A stretch of DNA of 64,000 nucleotides from Octopus sinensis (GCF_006345805.1 NC_043025.1:4588001-4652000), one strand, 5' to 3'; positions 28,633 to 41,160 are shown, counted from the stretch's first letter. Notes: generated by a model from the letters alone, not told the origin. Numbers and translations: made by a program.

Positions 28633-31478
28633 TTAAATGTAGATTGTCTTTGAAAGTTTCTTGGGCCAATGCACTGTTCTGCCCGATTTTGTAACATACG
28701 GTGTGCTCGGGGCACCCGTTGACGGCGAGGGTGGTGTTGTAGGAGCCGGTGAAGGCAAAGGCGTCTGTGCAGGTGAAGGTGTTTGTGCAGGTGAAGGCGT
28801 TTGTGCAGGTGAAAGTGTTGTTAAAGGTGCATAGGTGGGTGTGTCAAGGTTGTGACACAGTCCGACAGCCGAGAAGTACAATGGGCAAAAATTCAATCCA
28901 GGACTGTGGGTCTGAAGAGGCACGAAGAGCGGCCTTGAGCTGTCTATGGAACCGCTCAACCAATCCATTAGACGCTGGATGGTAGCTTGTGGTGTGGATA
29001 TGGTGCATACCCAAAATTCGCGACAATTCGCGAAATAGCGAGGCCTCAAACTGACGTCCACGATCAGTTGTCAATCGGGACGGGACTCCGAAGCGAGAAA
29101 TCCAGTTTGAAACGAAAGCTCGCGCAACAGTCTCAGCAGAAATGTCTGCTATCGGAATGGCTTCTGGCCAGCGGGAGAAGCGATCGACACAAGTTAATAG
29201 ATAAGAGAACCCGCGACTCACAGGCCATGGTCCAACCAGATCGATGTGGAGATGGCGAAAACGGGCCTCCGTGGGGGGAAATTGTCCAAGCGGGGCACGA
29301 ATGTGCCGTTGAATCTTGGATCGTTGACACTTGGAGCAGGTGCGTGTCCAAGAAGTAATAGTGCGACGCATATTCGGCCAGAAAAACCGAGCAGTGATTA
29401 GTTTAAGGGTGGCAGCGATGCCAGGATGTGATAAGGAGTGCAGTGCTTCAAACACTGAGCGTTGATGGTTCTCAGGCACCAGTGGCCTGGGAGAGCCAGT
29501 GGAAGTGTCACAAAGAATGGTGCCTTCGGCTGACGGAAGCGGAAGGTAGGAAAACTGGCAACAGGAGAACTTGGGAGAAGTTAAATCTAACAACGCCAAA
29601 GGTGGCTGCTCCTGCGATATGGCAGCTAAGTCGATAGCAGCAGGAGACGAAAGGGCGCAAACTGGAAGGCGAGAGAGAGCGTCAGCAGGAACGTTCTCTT
29701 TTCCAGGTATGTGTCGAATGTTGCTAGTGAATTGAGAGATAAAATCCAGGTGCCGAAAAGCACGGGGTGAGAGTTTGTCCGTTTTTGAAAACAGGGCAAA
29801 CGTAAGGGGCTTGTGATCCGTATAGATCACAAAATCTCGCCCTTCAAGTTGATGCTGGAAATGACGAACCGATAGATAGATCGCTAGGAGCTCACGATCA
29901 AAGGTGCTGTATCGTCGTTCAGCTGGTTGCAGTTGACGGGAAAAGAAGGCTAGAGGTCGAACATGATCATCCACTGTGTGTTGTAACACAGCGCCAATCG
30001 CAGTGTCCGATGCGTCCACAGTCAAAGAGAGAGAAGCACCAGGAACTGGATGTGCAAGCAAAGAAACAGAAGCCAGCTCCTTCTTAATGGACTCAAAGGC
30101 TGTCACTGCTTCAACAGAGAGGGTGACTTGACTGTCCTTTCTAGAGAGTCCTTTAACAGCCTGGTGAGAGGTAGCAGCTTATCTGCACAACCGGGAATGA
30201 AACGTCGGTAGAAATTGATCATCCCTAGATAATGCTTGAGCTGGCGCAAGGAAGTGGGGGGTGCGATGCGTTGAATGGCATCGACTTTTGACGAGAGGGG
30301 CTGATTCCAGTCGAATCAATATGATGCCCTAGAAAATCTAGGGAAGAGCGTCCGAAAACACACTTGTCGGGATTTATGCGTATACTATACGCGCGAAGAC
30401 GCTGGAAGAGTTGAGAAAGGTGCCGGAGATGATTTTCTCGTGTGTCGCTCGCAATGAGTATGTCATCGACATAGGCAAACACAAAATCAAGACCGCGGAC
30501 AACCTCATCAATGAAACGCTGGAAGGTGCTAGTAGCATTCCGCAAACCGAAACTCATGTACAAAAACTCAAAACACCCAAACGGGGTAGTGATCGCAGTT
30601 TTTGGAACGTCGGCTGGGTTGACCGGTATTTGGTGGTAAGCGCGTATGAGGTCGACCTTCGAAAAAATGGTACAACCATGGAGATTTGCCGTAAAGTCCG
30701 GGAGATTTCTAATCGGATAGCGGTCGGCTATTGTGACGGCATTGAGGCGTCGATAGTCTCCAACCGGGCGAAAATCAGACTCGCCCTTTCGCGCCAAATG
30801 AAGGGGAGATGCCCAAGGGCTGGTGGAGGGGCGTACAAGGCCAAGTTGAAGCATGTGCTCAAACTCGGCTCTGGCCGTTTTTAGTCGGTCTGGCGCCAGG
30901 CGCCGGGGGCGTGAGAATACAGGTGGCCCAGTGGTGGTGATGAAATGGAGGGTCGAGTGGGTAGGGTTTTCCGGTTTAAAGGCAATGTCCACTAGCTCCG
31001 GAAATGAAACCAAAAGAGAGTGAAAAGGGTCTCCAGAGGTGGCAACAAAGAATGTCGGGCTAAGGACCGCAGTGGTGGAACTCCCAGTCGGTGTAGAGAG
31101 CGACGTCGTGCTATCAAGAAGCCTCCGACGCCTGACATCCACCAATAGATTAAACCTATCCAGGAAATCAGCGCCGAGAATAGGATGCGGGATGTCAGCG
31201 ATGACGAAAACCCATTGAAGGTCTCGACGAAGGTTGAGGTCGAGGCGCAGCGAAATCTGACCGTAAGTGGTTATGGGAGACGAGTCAATAGCATGCAAGA
31301 CAATCGAAGAGCGCTTGGGCTTGTCTGCAGCCAGACGAAGGGGCCAGATGCTGCAACAGGAGCCGGTGTCCACCATGAAGAATTTCTTCGACACCAGATC
31401 TTTTACAAAAATTGCACGATTTTTGGGAATGGTGATGGAAGAAGGTGACGTGCTCACCTCCTCCGGATTTAGTTTTCC
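28633..31478 (-). pseudogene. pol (protease, RT, RNase H, integrase), frameshifted
   Basis: VDTGS (PR), AYVDDIL (RT), [25 protein letters not shown] (RH), [35 protein letters not shown] (IN), and C-terminal VTKSGRTV. Frame breaks near 30290, 30130 and 28860. Confidence 0.93.
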
Positions 31479-32288
31479 GAGGGCTTGAAAGTGCACGGCT
31501 GGGTACACCGATCTGCCCTTTCGGCAGAGCGACTACGACTGCGTTGTCGGCGCTCGATCGCACGGGACAGATCGTCGATTCGCCGCGTGAGCGCATCGAT
31601 CCGCTCGGTTAGTGAAATTTGCGCTGTCGGAGGGGGCCCTATACATGCACACAGGCCTCGCGATGGAGATGGATTCGGAAATTCCAGTATTCTATCGGCC
31701 ATCGTGGCAATCTGATCAACTGACACAGACTCCAGTACCGTGGCCAGCATTGTCTGCACGTGGGCAGGCAACCTGGAGAAAAATATCCTCCGTAAGAGCG
31801 GCGCGTCCGCTGCGTTGCCGCTTAGCTCCCTTAGATGGCGCAGAAACTGGGATGGAGTTCTGTCCCCTAACTGCTCGTCGGCCATCAGCTCCTGAATGTT
31901 GCTCTCCCCCGAACGTGTGTTGCGGCGGAGGATTTCTGCTTTCACAGACGCGTATGTGGCGTCCGGGTGGGGACTTATTATTAGATCCCTGATCGATGCG
32001 GCGAGTCGGGGATGTAAGCCGGAATATAGCAGGTGCAACTGCTGCTGTGGAGAAATGGCATTCTCTCTTTCTCTTTTACTTGTTTCAGTCATTTGACTGC
32101 GGCCATGCTGGAGCACCGCCTTTAGTCGAGCAAATCAACCCCGGGACTTATTCTTTGTAAGCCCAGTACTTATTCTATCGGTCTGTTTTGCCGAACCGCT
32201 AAGTGACGGGGACATAAACACACCAGCATCGGTTGTCAAGCAATGCTAGGGGGACAAACACAGACACACAAACATACATACACACACT

Positions 32289-32320
<32 letters not shown>

Positions 32321-32566
32321 TACGACAGGCTTCTTTCAGTTTCCGTCTACCAAATCCACTCACAAGGCATTGGTCGGCCCGGGGCTATAGCAGAAGACAC
32401 TTGCCCAAGATGCCACTCAGTGGGACTGAACCCGGAACCATGTGGTTGGTTAGCAAGCTCCTTACCACACAGCCACTCCTGCGCCTATATGTGCATCAAA
32501 ATACCACTCCACCTGGGCAAACCACAGACCCATATCCCCCGTGAATGAAGGCAAACCTGAAGCCAT
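31469..32566 (-). pseudogene. gag, split by a family-A SINE at ~32062-32487
   Basis: LPSF..LWFAQVE (5' part), then QLGDRTPSQFLRHLR..LLRRIFFSRLP..ADRCTQPC, typical of CsRn1-type gag. Confidence 0.88.
32062..32487 (-). mobile_element. family-A tRNA-derived SINE, full length, inserted in gag
   Basis: A box TGGCTGTGTGG, B box GGTTCAGTCCC, central (TA/CA)n, tail GTCAAATGACTGAAACAAGTAAAAGAG. Confidence 0.92.
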
Positions 32567-32765
32567 GCCTTTGTCGGAAGTAATCTGTGAGAAGGGGGCA
32601 GGGAGTATGGTCGAGAAATGGAGAGAGAACACGTGGACCGACAAAGCAAATCAAAATTGCGTTTTGTGCACTGTTGTGTGTGTGTGCGCACCTGGTGGGT
32701 AGCAAACATAAGTGTGTGTGTACAAAGGGAAAACAAAATACAGAAAAGGAAAAAATGAATGTGTA

Positions 32766-33610
32766 CTCTTTTACTTGTTTCAGTCATTTGACTGCGGCCA
32801 TGCTGGAGCACCGCCTTTTAGTACTTATTCTATCGGTCTCTTTTTGCCGAACCGCTAAGTGACGGGGACGTAAACACACCAGCATCGGTTGTCAAGCAAT
32901 GCTAGGGGGACAAACACAGAAACACACACATATACATATATACCACAGGCTTCTTTCAGTTTCCGTCTACCAAATCCACTCACAAGGCATTGGTCGGCCC
33001 GGGGCTATAGCAGAAGACACTTGCCCAAGATGCCACGCAGTGGGACTGAACCCGCAACCGTGTGATTGGTTAGCAAGCTACTTACCACACAGCCACTCCT
33101 GCGCCTATATATATACGACAGGCTTCTTTCAGTTTCCGTCTACCAAATCCACTCACAAGGCTTTGGTTGGCCCGAGGCTATAGCAGAAGACACTTGCCCA
33201 AGGTGCCAGGCAGTGGGACTGAACCCGCAACCGTGTGATTGGTTAGCAAGCTACTTACCACACAGCCACTCCTGCGCCTATATATATACGACAGGCTTCT
33301 TTCAGTTTCCGTCTACCAATCCACTCACAAGGCTTGGTCGGCCCGGGGCTATAGCAGAAGACACTTGCCCAAGATGCCACGCAGTGGGACTGAACCCGCA
33401 ACCGTGTGATGGTTAGCAAGCTACTTACCACACGCCACTCCTGCGCATATATATACGAAGGCTTCTTTCAGTTTCCGTCTACAAATCACTCACAAGGCTT
33501 TGTTGGCCCGAGGCTAGCAGAAGAACTGCCAAGGTGCCAGGCAGTGGGACTGAACCCGCAACCGTGTGATTGGTTAGCAAGCTACTTACCACACAGCCAC
33601 TCCTGCGCCT
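32766..33610 (-). mobile_element. family-A SINE concatemer: four ~172-bp 5' halves plus one 3' half, in the LTR-element leader
   Basis: Head unit repeats at ~32948, 33121, 33294 and 33460; single tail at 32766-32940. Confidence 0.88.
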
Positions 33611-33805
33611 GTGTGTGTGTTTTCTTTTTTTTTCTGTTTGTTTTTTTTTGTTTTTTGTTTTTTTTTTTGTGTACTGAGTGCGATGAATAAGGTTATTTGA
33701 CCCACCTCGCCGTGCTGAAAAAGAGAAAAATATGAGGAAAAAAATGAATGTTCAGCGCTCTCCGGCAAAACCTGTTCGCTGTGTCTTCTATCCTGTTCTT
33801 TTTTT

Positions 33806-33823
33806 ATCACGTCGGGGTCACCA
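33806..33823 (-). other. primer binding site for tRNA-Trp
   Basis: Plus-strand ATCACGTCGGGGTCACCA equals the 3' 18 nt of metazoan tRNA-Trp(CCA) and lies 2 bp from the 5' LTR. Confidence 0.92.
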
Positions 33824-33825
33824 AT

Positions 33826-34917
33826 TGTAACGAGAAAGGATCTATTATCGAAGCACTGGAAGGGTGTCGATATCCGATCTAGTCACATCTCTAAAGACTC
33901 CGCCGGTTACGACGACGAGGGTCCCAGCTGATACGATCAACGGAACAGCTCGACTAAAGGCGGTGCTCCAGCATGGCCGCAGTCAAATGACAGAAACAGG
34001 TAAGAGAAAAGAAAAGAAAAGAAAAAAATATAAATGAGTAACAAAGATGTACAGGTGTCAATTCATTACTCCCGTTTCAAGCAGCTCCTTTAATTGATTA
34101 GTAAAAATATTACATCAGTTTGAAAGAAACCGTTCTCATCAGATGACCACATAGACTTCAAACATAAAGGATATAACCATTTTTTAAAAAACTAGAATAC
34201 AGTTGACAACTCCCAGTGGATTTAATTCTTTTTTTTTTTTAAGACTCCGCCGGTTACGACGACGAGGGTCCCAGCTGATACGATCAACGGAACAGCTTGC
34301 TCGTGAAATTAACATGCAAATGGCTGAGCATTCCACAGACACGTGTACCCTTAACGTAGTTCTCGGGGATAATCAGCGTGACAAGGCTGACCCTTTGAAA
34401 TACAAGTACAACTCATTTTTGCCAGCTGAGTGGACTGGAGCAACGTGAAATAAAGTGTCTTGCTCAAGGACACAACGCGTCGCCGGGAATCGAACTCACA
34501 ACCTTACGATCATGAGCCGAATGCCCTAACCACTAAGCCACGCGCCCTCACATCTAGTCACATATAAAATTCTAGAAAACAATACAGACGAACTCAGGTT
34601 AAAAGGGTGAACAGACAGTAGTTTGGTTTATTGATTTCGATGTAGTACGTTGTCTGGTGGGAGAAAGACAGCCTCTGATATACTGCTTCGTGTTAGTCGT
34701 TGAAGTTGGTTGAAGGTGGTTGCTGGTCGTGTGGCTGTCAGAGCCCGGAATTCGTGACCGATCGCAATGCTGTCTTAGCCGAAGAGGGAGATTTGAGCTT
34801 CGCGGGCTCGAGGGAACGTTTTCCCGCACATGCGCATGGGGAAGACTTCCGGTGGCCATCCGGAAGTAGTCCCATTCTGCGCATGCGCGCCGAACCCTAC
34901 ACAGTAGCATCACTACA
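33826..34917 (-). repeat. 5' LTR containing a 663-bp insertion (33889-34551)
   Basis: Matches the 3' LTR apart from 3 substitutions. The insert is flanked by a 12-bp TSD ATCTAGTCACAT (33877-88 / 34552-63). Confidence 0.95.
34229..34551 (-). mobile_element. family-D tRNA-derived SINE, full length with poly(A)
   Basis: Head GCGCGTGGCTTAGTGGTTAGGG..GAGTTCGATTCCC, central GTGTCCTTGAGCAAGACACTT, and A12 tail. Confidence 0.88.
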
Positions 34918-34953
34918 CATATAATAGAAATATTAAATATAAAATAATAATAT

Positions 34954-35365
34954 AGGCGCAGTAGTGGCTGTGTGGTAAGTAGCTTGCTAACCAACCACAT
35001 GGTTCCGGGTTCAGTCCCACTGTGTGGCATCTTGGGCAAGTGTCTTCTGCTATAGCCCCGGGCCGACCAATGCCTTGTGAGTGGATTTGGTAGACGGAAA
35101 CTGAAAGAAGCCCGTCGTATATATGTATATATATATATATGTGTGTGTTTGTGTGTCTGTGTTTGTCCCCCTAGCATCGCTTGACAACCAATGCTGGTGT
35201 GTTTACGTCCCCGTCACTTAGCGGTTCGGCAAAAAAGAGACCGATAGAATAAGTACTGGGCTTACAAAAGAATAAGTCCCGGGGTCGAGTTGCTCGATTA
35301 AAGGCGGTGCTCCAGCATGGCCGCAGTCAAATGACTGAAACAAGTAAAAGAGAAAGAGAGAAAAA
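34954..35365 (+). mobile_element. family-A SINE, full length
   Basis: Matches the family-A consensus head to tail. Confidence 0.9.
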
Positions 35366-36023
35366 GAGAATACCGATGATTAAGTAATGTGCAAAATAAT
35401 AAATAAATCGTATATATCATGAATTGATAAAAGGTGTTTTTTTTCTAATTTATATATATATATACAGTCTTTTCTGTTGCTTGACCATTAATACCTGCTA
35501 TATATCTCTCTCTTGCTGCCTTCGAAACACACTGCCACACATACATAGACACACACACACATACATGAAAGCAATTTCTCAAAATAATTCAAATATAAAC
35601 ACCAGTCATACAGAATACATTCACACTCTTTGATTTTCCTGTATCCCCCTTTCCTGTATCCCCCTTTCGTCCTGTTTTGTCCCTTTATGTTTTCCAACCA
35701 TATTTGTCAGCCCTTGTGGCCAATAAAAAGAATTAATTATTATTATTATTATTAGGATCTTTTCCTTTAGAAAGACAGAATTCCTTTAGAAAAACACAAT
35801 TTCTAGTAAACTAAACAATTTGAAACTTCGTAAACTGGTAGAACGTGTCAAAGGAAAACATTATTTTCACTTGGCATTTTTGATTCTAAAGGAAAAGATC
35901 CATTATGATTATTTTAAACTAGACGCATAATTAAGTTAGTCATGCCCAGGACTAAAGATACCAACCAAGTGAGCTAGGACTGACCGGTCGTTTTATTCAT
36001 GGGTTATTATTCACCGTTTTGTT

Positions 36024-36034
36024 TGCGCATGCGC
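36024..36034. promoter_or_regulatory. NRF1/Ewg-type palindrome TGCGCATGCGC in unique CpG-containing sequence (candidate promoter)
   Basis: Motif seen directly in non-repeat sequence; a promoter role is inference. Confidence 0.25.
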
Positions 36035-36305
36035 CTTACGATTTTGGAAATTCCAAAATGCTTTTATCAAAGGTTTGAAGATTATTTGAAAAGGAATGAA
36101 AAAATTGCTGTAATTGTGGTCCGTGTTGACACCAGTAGGTATATAATATTGTCTCGTGTGGAATTTGGAAGCGAATGCCGTATGTATGTTGTGGTATTTC
36201 TGTTGAATCTCCTCTGCCATGTGTAACGATCGTCTGCTTCTATACGCCCGCCTATTTGTGTGTAGGCCTGTGTGTGTGTGTATATGTGTATGTCTCTCTC
36301 GCTGC

Positions 36306-36336
<31 letters not shown>

Positions 36337-36424
36337 GCGGTATAACGTATGTGTATATGCGTGCGAATGTACTTTAATGTAATATACGGATATGATATGA
36401 TGAATATATACGGATTATATGTAT

Positions 36425-36563
36425 TTCTTTATTGCCCTCAAGGGGCTAAACACAGAGGGGACAAACAAGGACAGACAAAGGGATTAAAGTCGATTACATC
36501 GACCCCAGTGCGTAACTGGTACTTTATTTAAAGACCCCGAAAGGATGAAAGGCAAAGTCCAGA

Positions 36564-36601
<38 letters not shown>

Positions 36602-36845
36602 GTATATATGTATATATATCTTTACTGTCCACAAGGGTCTAAACACAGAGGGGACAAACAAGGACAGACATAGGTATTAAGTCGATTACATCGACCCCAG
36701 TGCGTAACTGGTACCTTATTCATCGACCCCGAAAGGATGAAAGGTAAAGTCGACCTCGGCGGAATTTGAACTCACAACGTAACGACAGACGAAATACCAC
36801 TAAGCATTTCGCCCAGCATGCTAACGTTTCTGCCAGCTCGCCGCC
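36425..36845 (-). mobile_element. two family-B SINE copies (one truncated)
   Basis: Matches the family-B consensus. Confidence 0.85.
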
Positions 36846-36968
36846 TTATATACGGATTATATGTGTGTAAATGTACACACACGTGTGTATACATATATAT
36901 ATCACATCGCTCTCTCTCTCTCTCTCTCCATATATATATATATATATATAATATGTATATATGTGTGT

Positions 36969-37045
<77 letters not shown>

Positions 37046-38042
37046 CAGGTATATGTGAAGATGGGTACATATAAACACACACACGCACATATACACATAC
37101 ATTCTCAACAATTTTAGGGAGTAGTGTCAACGACTCAAACAGGATTTTATTCCAGAATTATCTTGCACTGCATATCAGATATACAACAAAATTGTCCACA
37201 GTTGCTGAGGAAACGGGCGAAACTTTTTAACGAACAGTCTAGAAGAACAAACAGGAAGCTAAGGGGGGGGGGGGGTTATACAAAAGAAAAAAACACCACT
37301 GAGCTTGACCAGTTTCCAAAGATCTGTTTTTTAGATATTAAAGGAAAGATCTGTTGGTCTATATATGTCAAAAGATTAGCATTATATAGAGGGGGGGCGG
37401 ACTCAAAGGGGAGAGGGATGAGGGGCACGTGCCCCCTGAAGAAAAGAAGTGCACCGTTCTGAATAATGCTGTTATGCCCTTTTCTCTTGGAAGTGTATTC
37501 CCTTCTGACCTTGTGCCCACCCTTTGAAAAATTCCCGGGACCATATCTGATATCTACTGACCAAGGAGTGATTTGACACAGGTGTTAAATTGGGTGGGGA
37601 CTAACTGGCTAGTACGGGTATTTTGAGCATGAGAATATCAATACCTTATAATCTGAAGACCATCAGGAAGTGACTATATCGCCTTATCTCTGATGTTGTA
37701 GCACTTCTCTTCCTGGTTGCTGTTTATAGTTTTAAAGGGAGAGCCAATCCCTGCCATCTGGTCTCAATTTTTAAACGTGAAGGTCTCTCTGCAGTGGTTC
37801 AGCCTGCTAAGACATCTGTGGGTTTTACAATGCAGTAGTTTTCTCTGCCTTACAAGTCTGGAGAGATCCACCTACCCTGGAGTTGTGATAGAGTGTCAAA
37901 GAGGGTTCCGGAGCACCTGGTGGACTCCATCTCTTGATTTCCTATCAAAGTTGACTCCCCTAGCCTTTTCCTTCCCCTAAGGCACTCACAACTCGGTAAG
38001 GTTTTAAGCATACAGCTACCTCATTAATCCTCACTACTCTTT

Positions 38043-38450
38043 TAATCTTTTACTTGTTTCAGTCATTTGACTGCGGACATGCTGGAGCACCGCCTTTAGT
38101 CGAGCAAATCGACCGCGGGACTTATTCTTTGTAAGCCCAGTACTTATTCTATCGGTCTCTTTTGCCGAACCGCTAAGTGACGGGGACGTAAACACACCAG
38201 CATCAGTTGTCAAGCAGTGCTAGGGGGGACAAACACAGACACACAAACACACACACACATATATATATATCTATATACATATATACGACAGGCTTCTTTC
38301 AGTTTCCATCTACAAAATCCACTCACAAGGCTTTGGTTGGCCCGAGGCTATAGCAGAAGACACTTGCCCAAGATGCCATGCAGTGGGACTGAACCCGGAA
38401 CCGTGTGGATGGTTAGCAAGCTACTTACCACATAGCCACTCCTGCACCTG
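38043..38450 (-). mobile_element. family-A SINE, full length (partial heads also at 38545-38700 and 39125-39285, +)
   Basis: Consensus match. Confidence 0.9.
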
Positions 38451-38841
38451 ATTAAACTTTTGCTTACGATGTAGCATGTTAATCATATGCAATTCACCTC
38501 CCAAAAGCTCTTTCTGTTGACCAGTAAAAATAAAATGTGTGTACATGGCTGTGTGGTAAGTAGCTTGCTTACCAACCACATGGTTCCAGGTTCAGTCCCA
38601 CTGCGTGGCATCTTGGGCAAGTGTCTTCTACTATAGCCCCGGGCCAACCAATGCCTTGTGAGTGGATTTGGTCGACAGAAACTGAAAGAAGCCTGTTGTA
38701 CATCTGTACTGTTTTCGATGAATTGCTTTCATTTTGTTTAAAATTTCATTTTCTAATGCTTACTTTCATTTTATGACAGCTATTACGTACAAATCCTGTT
38801 TTCTGATTGGTTAAAACTTAATAAATGTTAAACCTCTTTAA

Positions 38842-39062
38842 CCCTTTTGTTACTAACCTGGCCAAAACCGCCTCTGGCTCTGTGGTAAAATATCTTGTTT
38901 TCGTAAGTTTTGAATTAAAATCTTCCACCAAATCTTAGTCACAATTTATGTCCCTAACTCTAGCTTAATGATAACTAAGTTATTTTACTAAATTCTTTGT
39001 TATACTTAAAATTAATTGAAAGAAACACAGAGCATCTCAAAATAAATACAGTAATGAAAGGG
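38842..39062. mobile_element. piggyBac-type MITE (221 bp)
   Basis: TTAA|CCCTTTTGTTACT ... AGTAATGAAAGGG|TTAA. Confidence 0.85.
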
Positions 39063-39281
39063 TTAACATTCTTCTGAAATAAATGAATCACAAATTCAAA
39101 ATTAACTTTAAAAAATAAAACATCAATATGGCTGTGTGGTAAGAAGTTTGCTTCCAAACCACATGATTCCAGGTTCAGTTCCACTGTGTGGCACCTTGGG
39201 CAAGTGTCTTCTACTATAGCCTCGAGCTGACCAAAGCCTTGTGAGTGGATTTGGTAGACGGAAACTGGAAGACGCCTGTTG

Positions 39282-39352
<71 letters not shown>

Positions 39353-39379
39353 GATATTATGTATATATAATATATATAT

Positions 39380-39438
<59 letters not shown>

Positions 39439-39614
39439 CACGTGACCGACCAGACCATCAGATGTTGCTACACATCGCTGGTCACAATGCATTCGCATTG
39501 TTTTAGCCTTCAAACGACGCCACCCCACTGGCTAAGCGAGCAGGCCAACAGAAGAAAGAGTGGTGAAAGAGTACCGCAGGGATCACCACCCCATATATAT
39601 ATATATATATATAT

Positions 39615-39770
39615 ATACCGGAGTAAACACATAAATGTGAAACAAGGTCGCAAAAAAGAGTACTCAAATACCAGAGGTAGAGTAATATGCTTTATTTAAA
39701 AGCAGCAGAACTACAACAAAAGCTCTTACTCAGAGTTTCACGTTCCTGTTCATTGGACAGTTTTGTTAAA
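39615..39770 (-). mobile_element. Penelope-like pLTR fragment with a degenerate hammerhead (same family as 45097-45253)
   Basis: AAAACTGT-CCAATGA-ACAGGAACGT-GAAA-CTCTGAG-TA on the minus strand, followed by AAATAAAGCATATTACTC. Confidence 0.6.
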
Positions 39771-39982
39771 ATAGAACAGAAATAACATTATGATTAAAAC
39801 TAGTTAAATGATACACCTTTAAAAATGGATTTTTTTCTTTGGTCCTTTCAAATAACGGTCTTAAGCATGCGATAGACAAAAACAAAATAAATGAATTCAA
39901 TATAAATTCATCATTTTATGAAAATCAAAGAAAAATCTTAAATTGAAAAGCGGATTCAAAATACATATTATCAATAATAAAG

Positions 39983-40431
39983 ACTGGCTTCTGTGCCGGT
40001 AGCACATAAAAAGCACCATCCGAACGTGGCCGATGCCAGCGCCGCCCCAACTGGCTTCTGTGCCGGTGGCACATAAAAAGCACCATCCGAACGTGGCCGA
40101 TGCCAGCGCCGCCCCAATGGCTTCTGTGCCGGTGGCACATAAAAAGCACCATCTGAACGTGGCCGTTGCTAGCGCTGCCTTGGCTGGCTCCACATAAAAA
40201 GCTCCAACTGATCGTGGCCGATGCCGGACCCGCCTGGCACCTGTGCAGGTGGCACGTAAAAAGCACCCACTACACTCGCGGTGTGGTTGGCGTTAGGAAG
40301 GGCATCCAGCTGTAGAAACTCTGCCAGATCAGACTGGATCCTGGTGCAGCCCCTAGCTTCCCAGACCCCGGTCGAACCATCCAACCTGTGCTAGCGCGGA
40401 AAACAGACGTTAAACGATGATGATGATGATG
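39983..40431 (+). mobile_element. family-C SINE 3' part with three ~67-bp internal tandem units
   Basis: GGCGTTAGGAAGGGCATCCAGC...GTTAAAC(GAT)n tail; repeat units start at 39983, 40050 and ~40116. Confidence 0.8.
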
Positions 40432-40685
40432 AAATATAATTCGATTAATACAATTAATACATTGAAAATTGAATTATTTTACAACAGTATATACACATAC
40501 TAAACCATCAATATACATATATACATCAAAATACACAGATGGATATATATATAGACCACATACATATGCAGACATATATAAAATGTAATCTTCCATCGTT
40601 TGACAACTGATGTTAGTGTTTTTACATCCCCATAACTTAGTGGTTCGGCAAAAGTGACCAATAGAATAAGTACTCGGCTTACAAT

Positions 40686-41160
40686 TAACACCCGTGGACA
40701 TATTTACAAAGTAAGAAAATAGCACAGCTCCCATGACTTCAGGAAACATTTTTTCACGCTGAGAGTTGCTGAAGCATGGAACAAACTGCCGGCATCGGTT
40801 GTTAGTTGTAGGAGCACTGCATCCTTCAAAACTTCCATGCTTCCTGAAAGATTCGCCAACACTACACCTGATTTTCTCCCCTCCATACACACGCTGAAGC
40901 ATGGAACAAACTGCCGGCATTAGTTGTTAGTTGTCGGAGCACTGCATCCTTCAAAACTTCCATGCTTCCTGAGATTCGCCAACACTACACCTGATTTTCT
41001 CCCCTCCATACACACACAAGCATGTATCTGACTCATACATTGTTCGCTTTCCAGACATTTCTACATTACTGCATGTAATTTCTATGCACTTTCTGACAAG
41101 TTGTGGTGCACCTGAGCACTGTATACAATAATTTCATTATTAATATTATTATTATTAATA
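40686..41160 (+). mobile_element. CR1/L2-clade LINE 3' fragment with an internal tandem duplication
   Basis: NTRGH..RKHFFTLRVAEAWNKLP C-terminal motif, 3' UTR and (ATT)n tail. Confidence 0.85.

Larger units (their letters stand above)
28085..34917 (-). mobile_element. Ty3/Gypsy LTR retrotransposon, CsRn1-like clade, inactivated by SINE insertions
   Basis: TG..CA LTRs, 4-bp TSD CATA (28081-84 / 34918-21), tRNA-Trp PBS, PPT, and gag-PR-RT-RH-IN order. Confidence 0.96.

Noticed and set aside
28284-31992. Plus-strand ORFs overlapping the LTR element
   Set aside because: They are antisense shadows of gag/pol with no independent motifs.
37560-38030. Possible exon or LINE remnant with raised GC
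   Set aside because: All frames contain stops and I found no recognisable motif; left unassigned.
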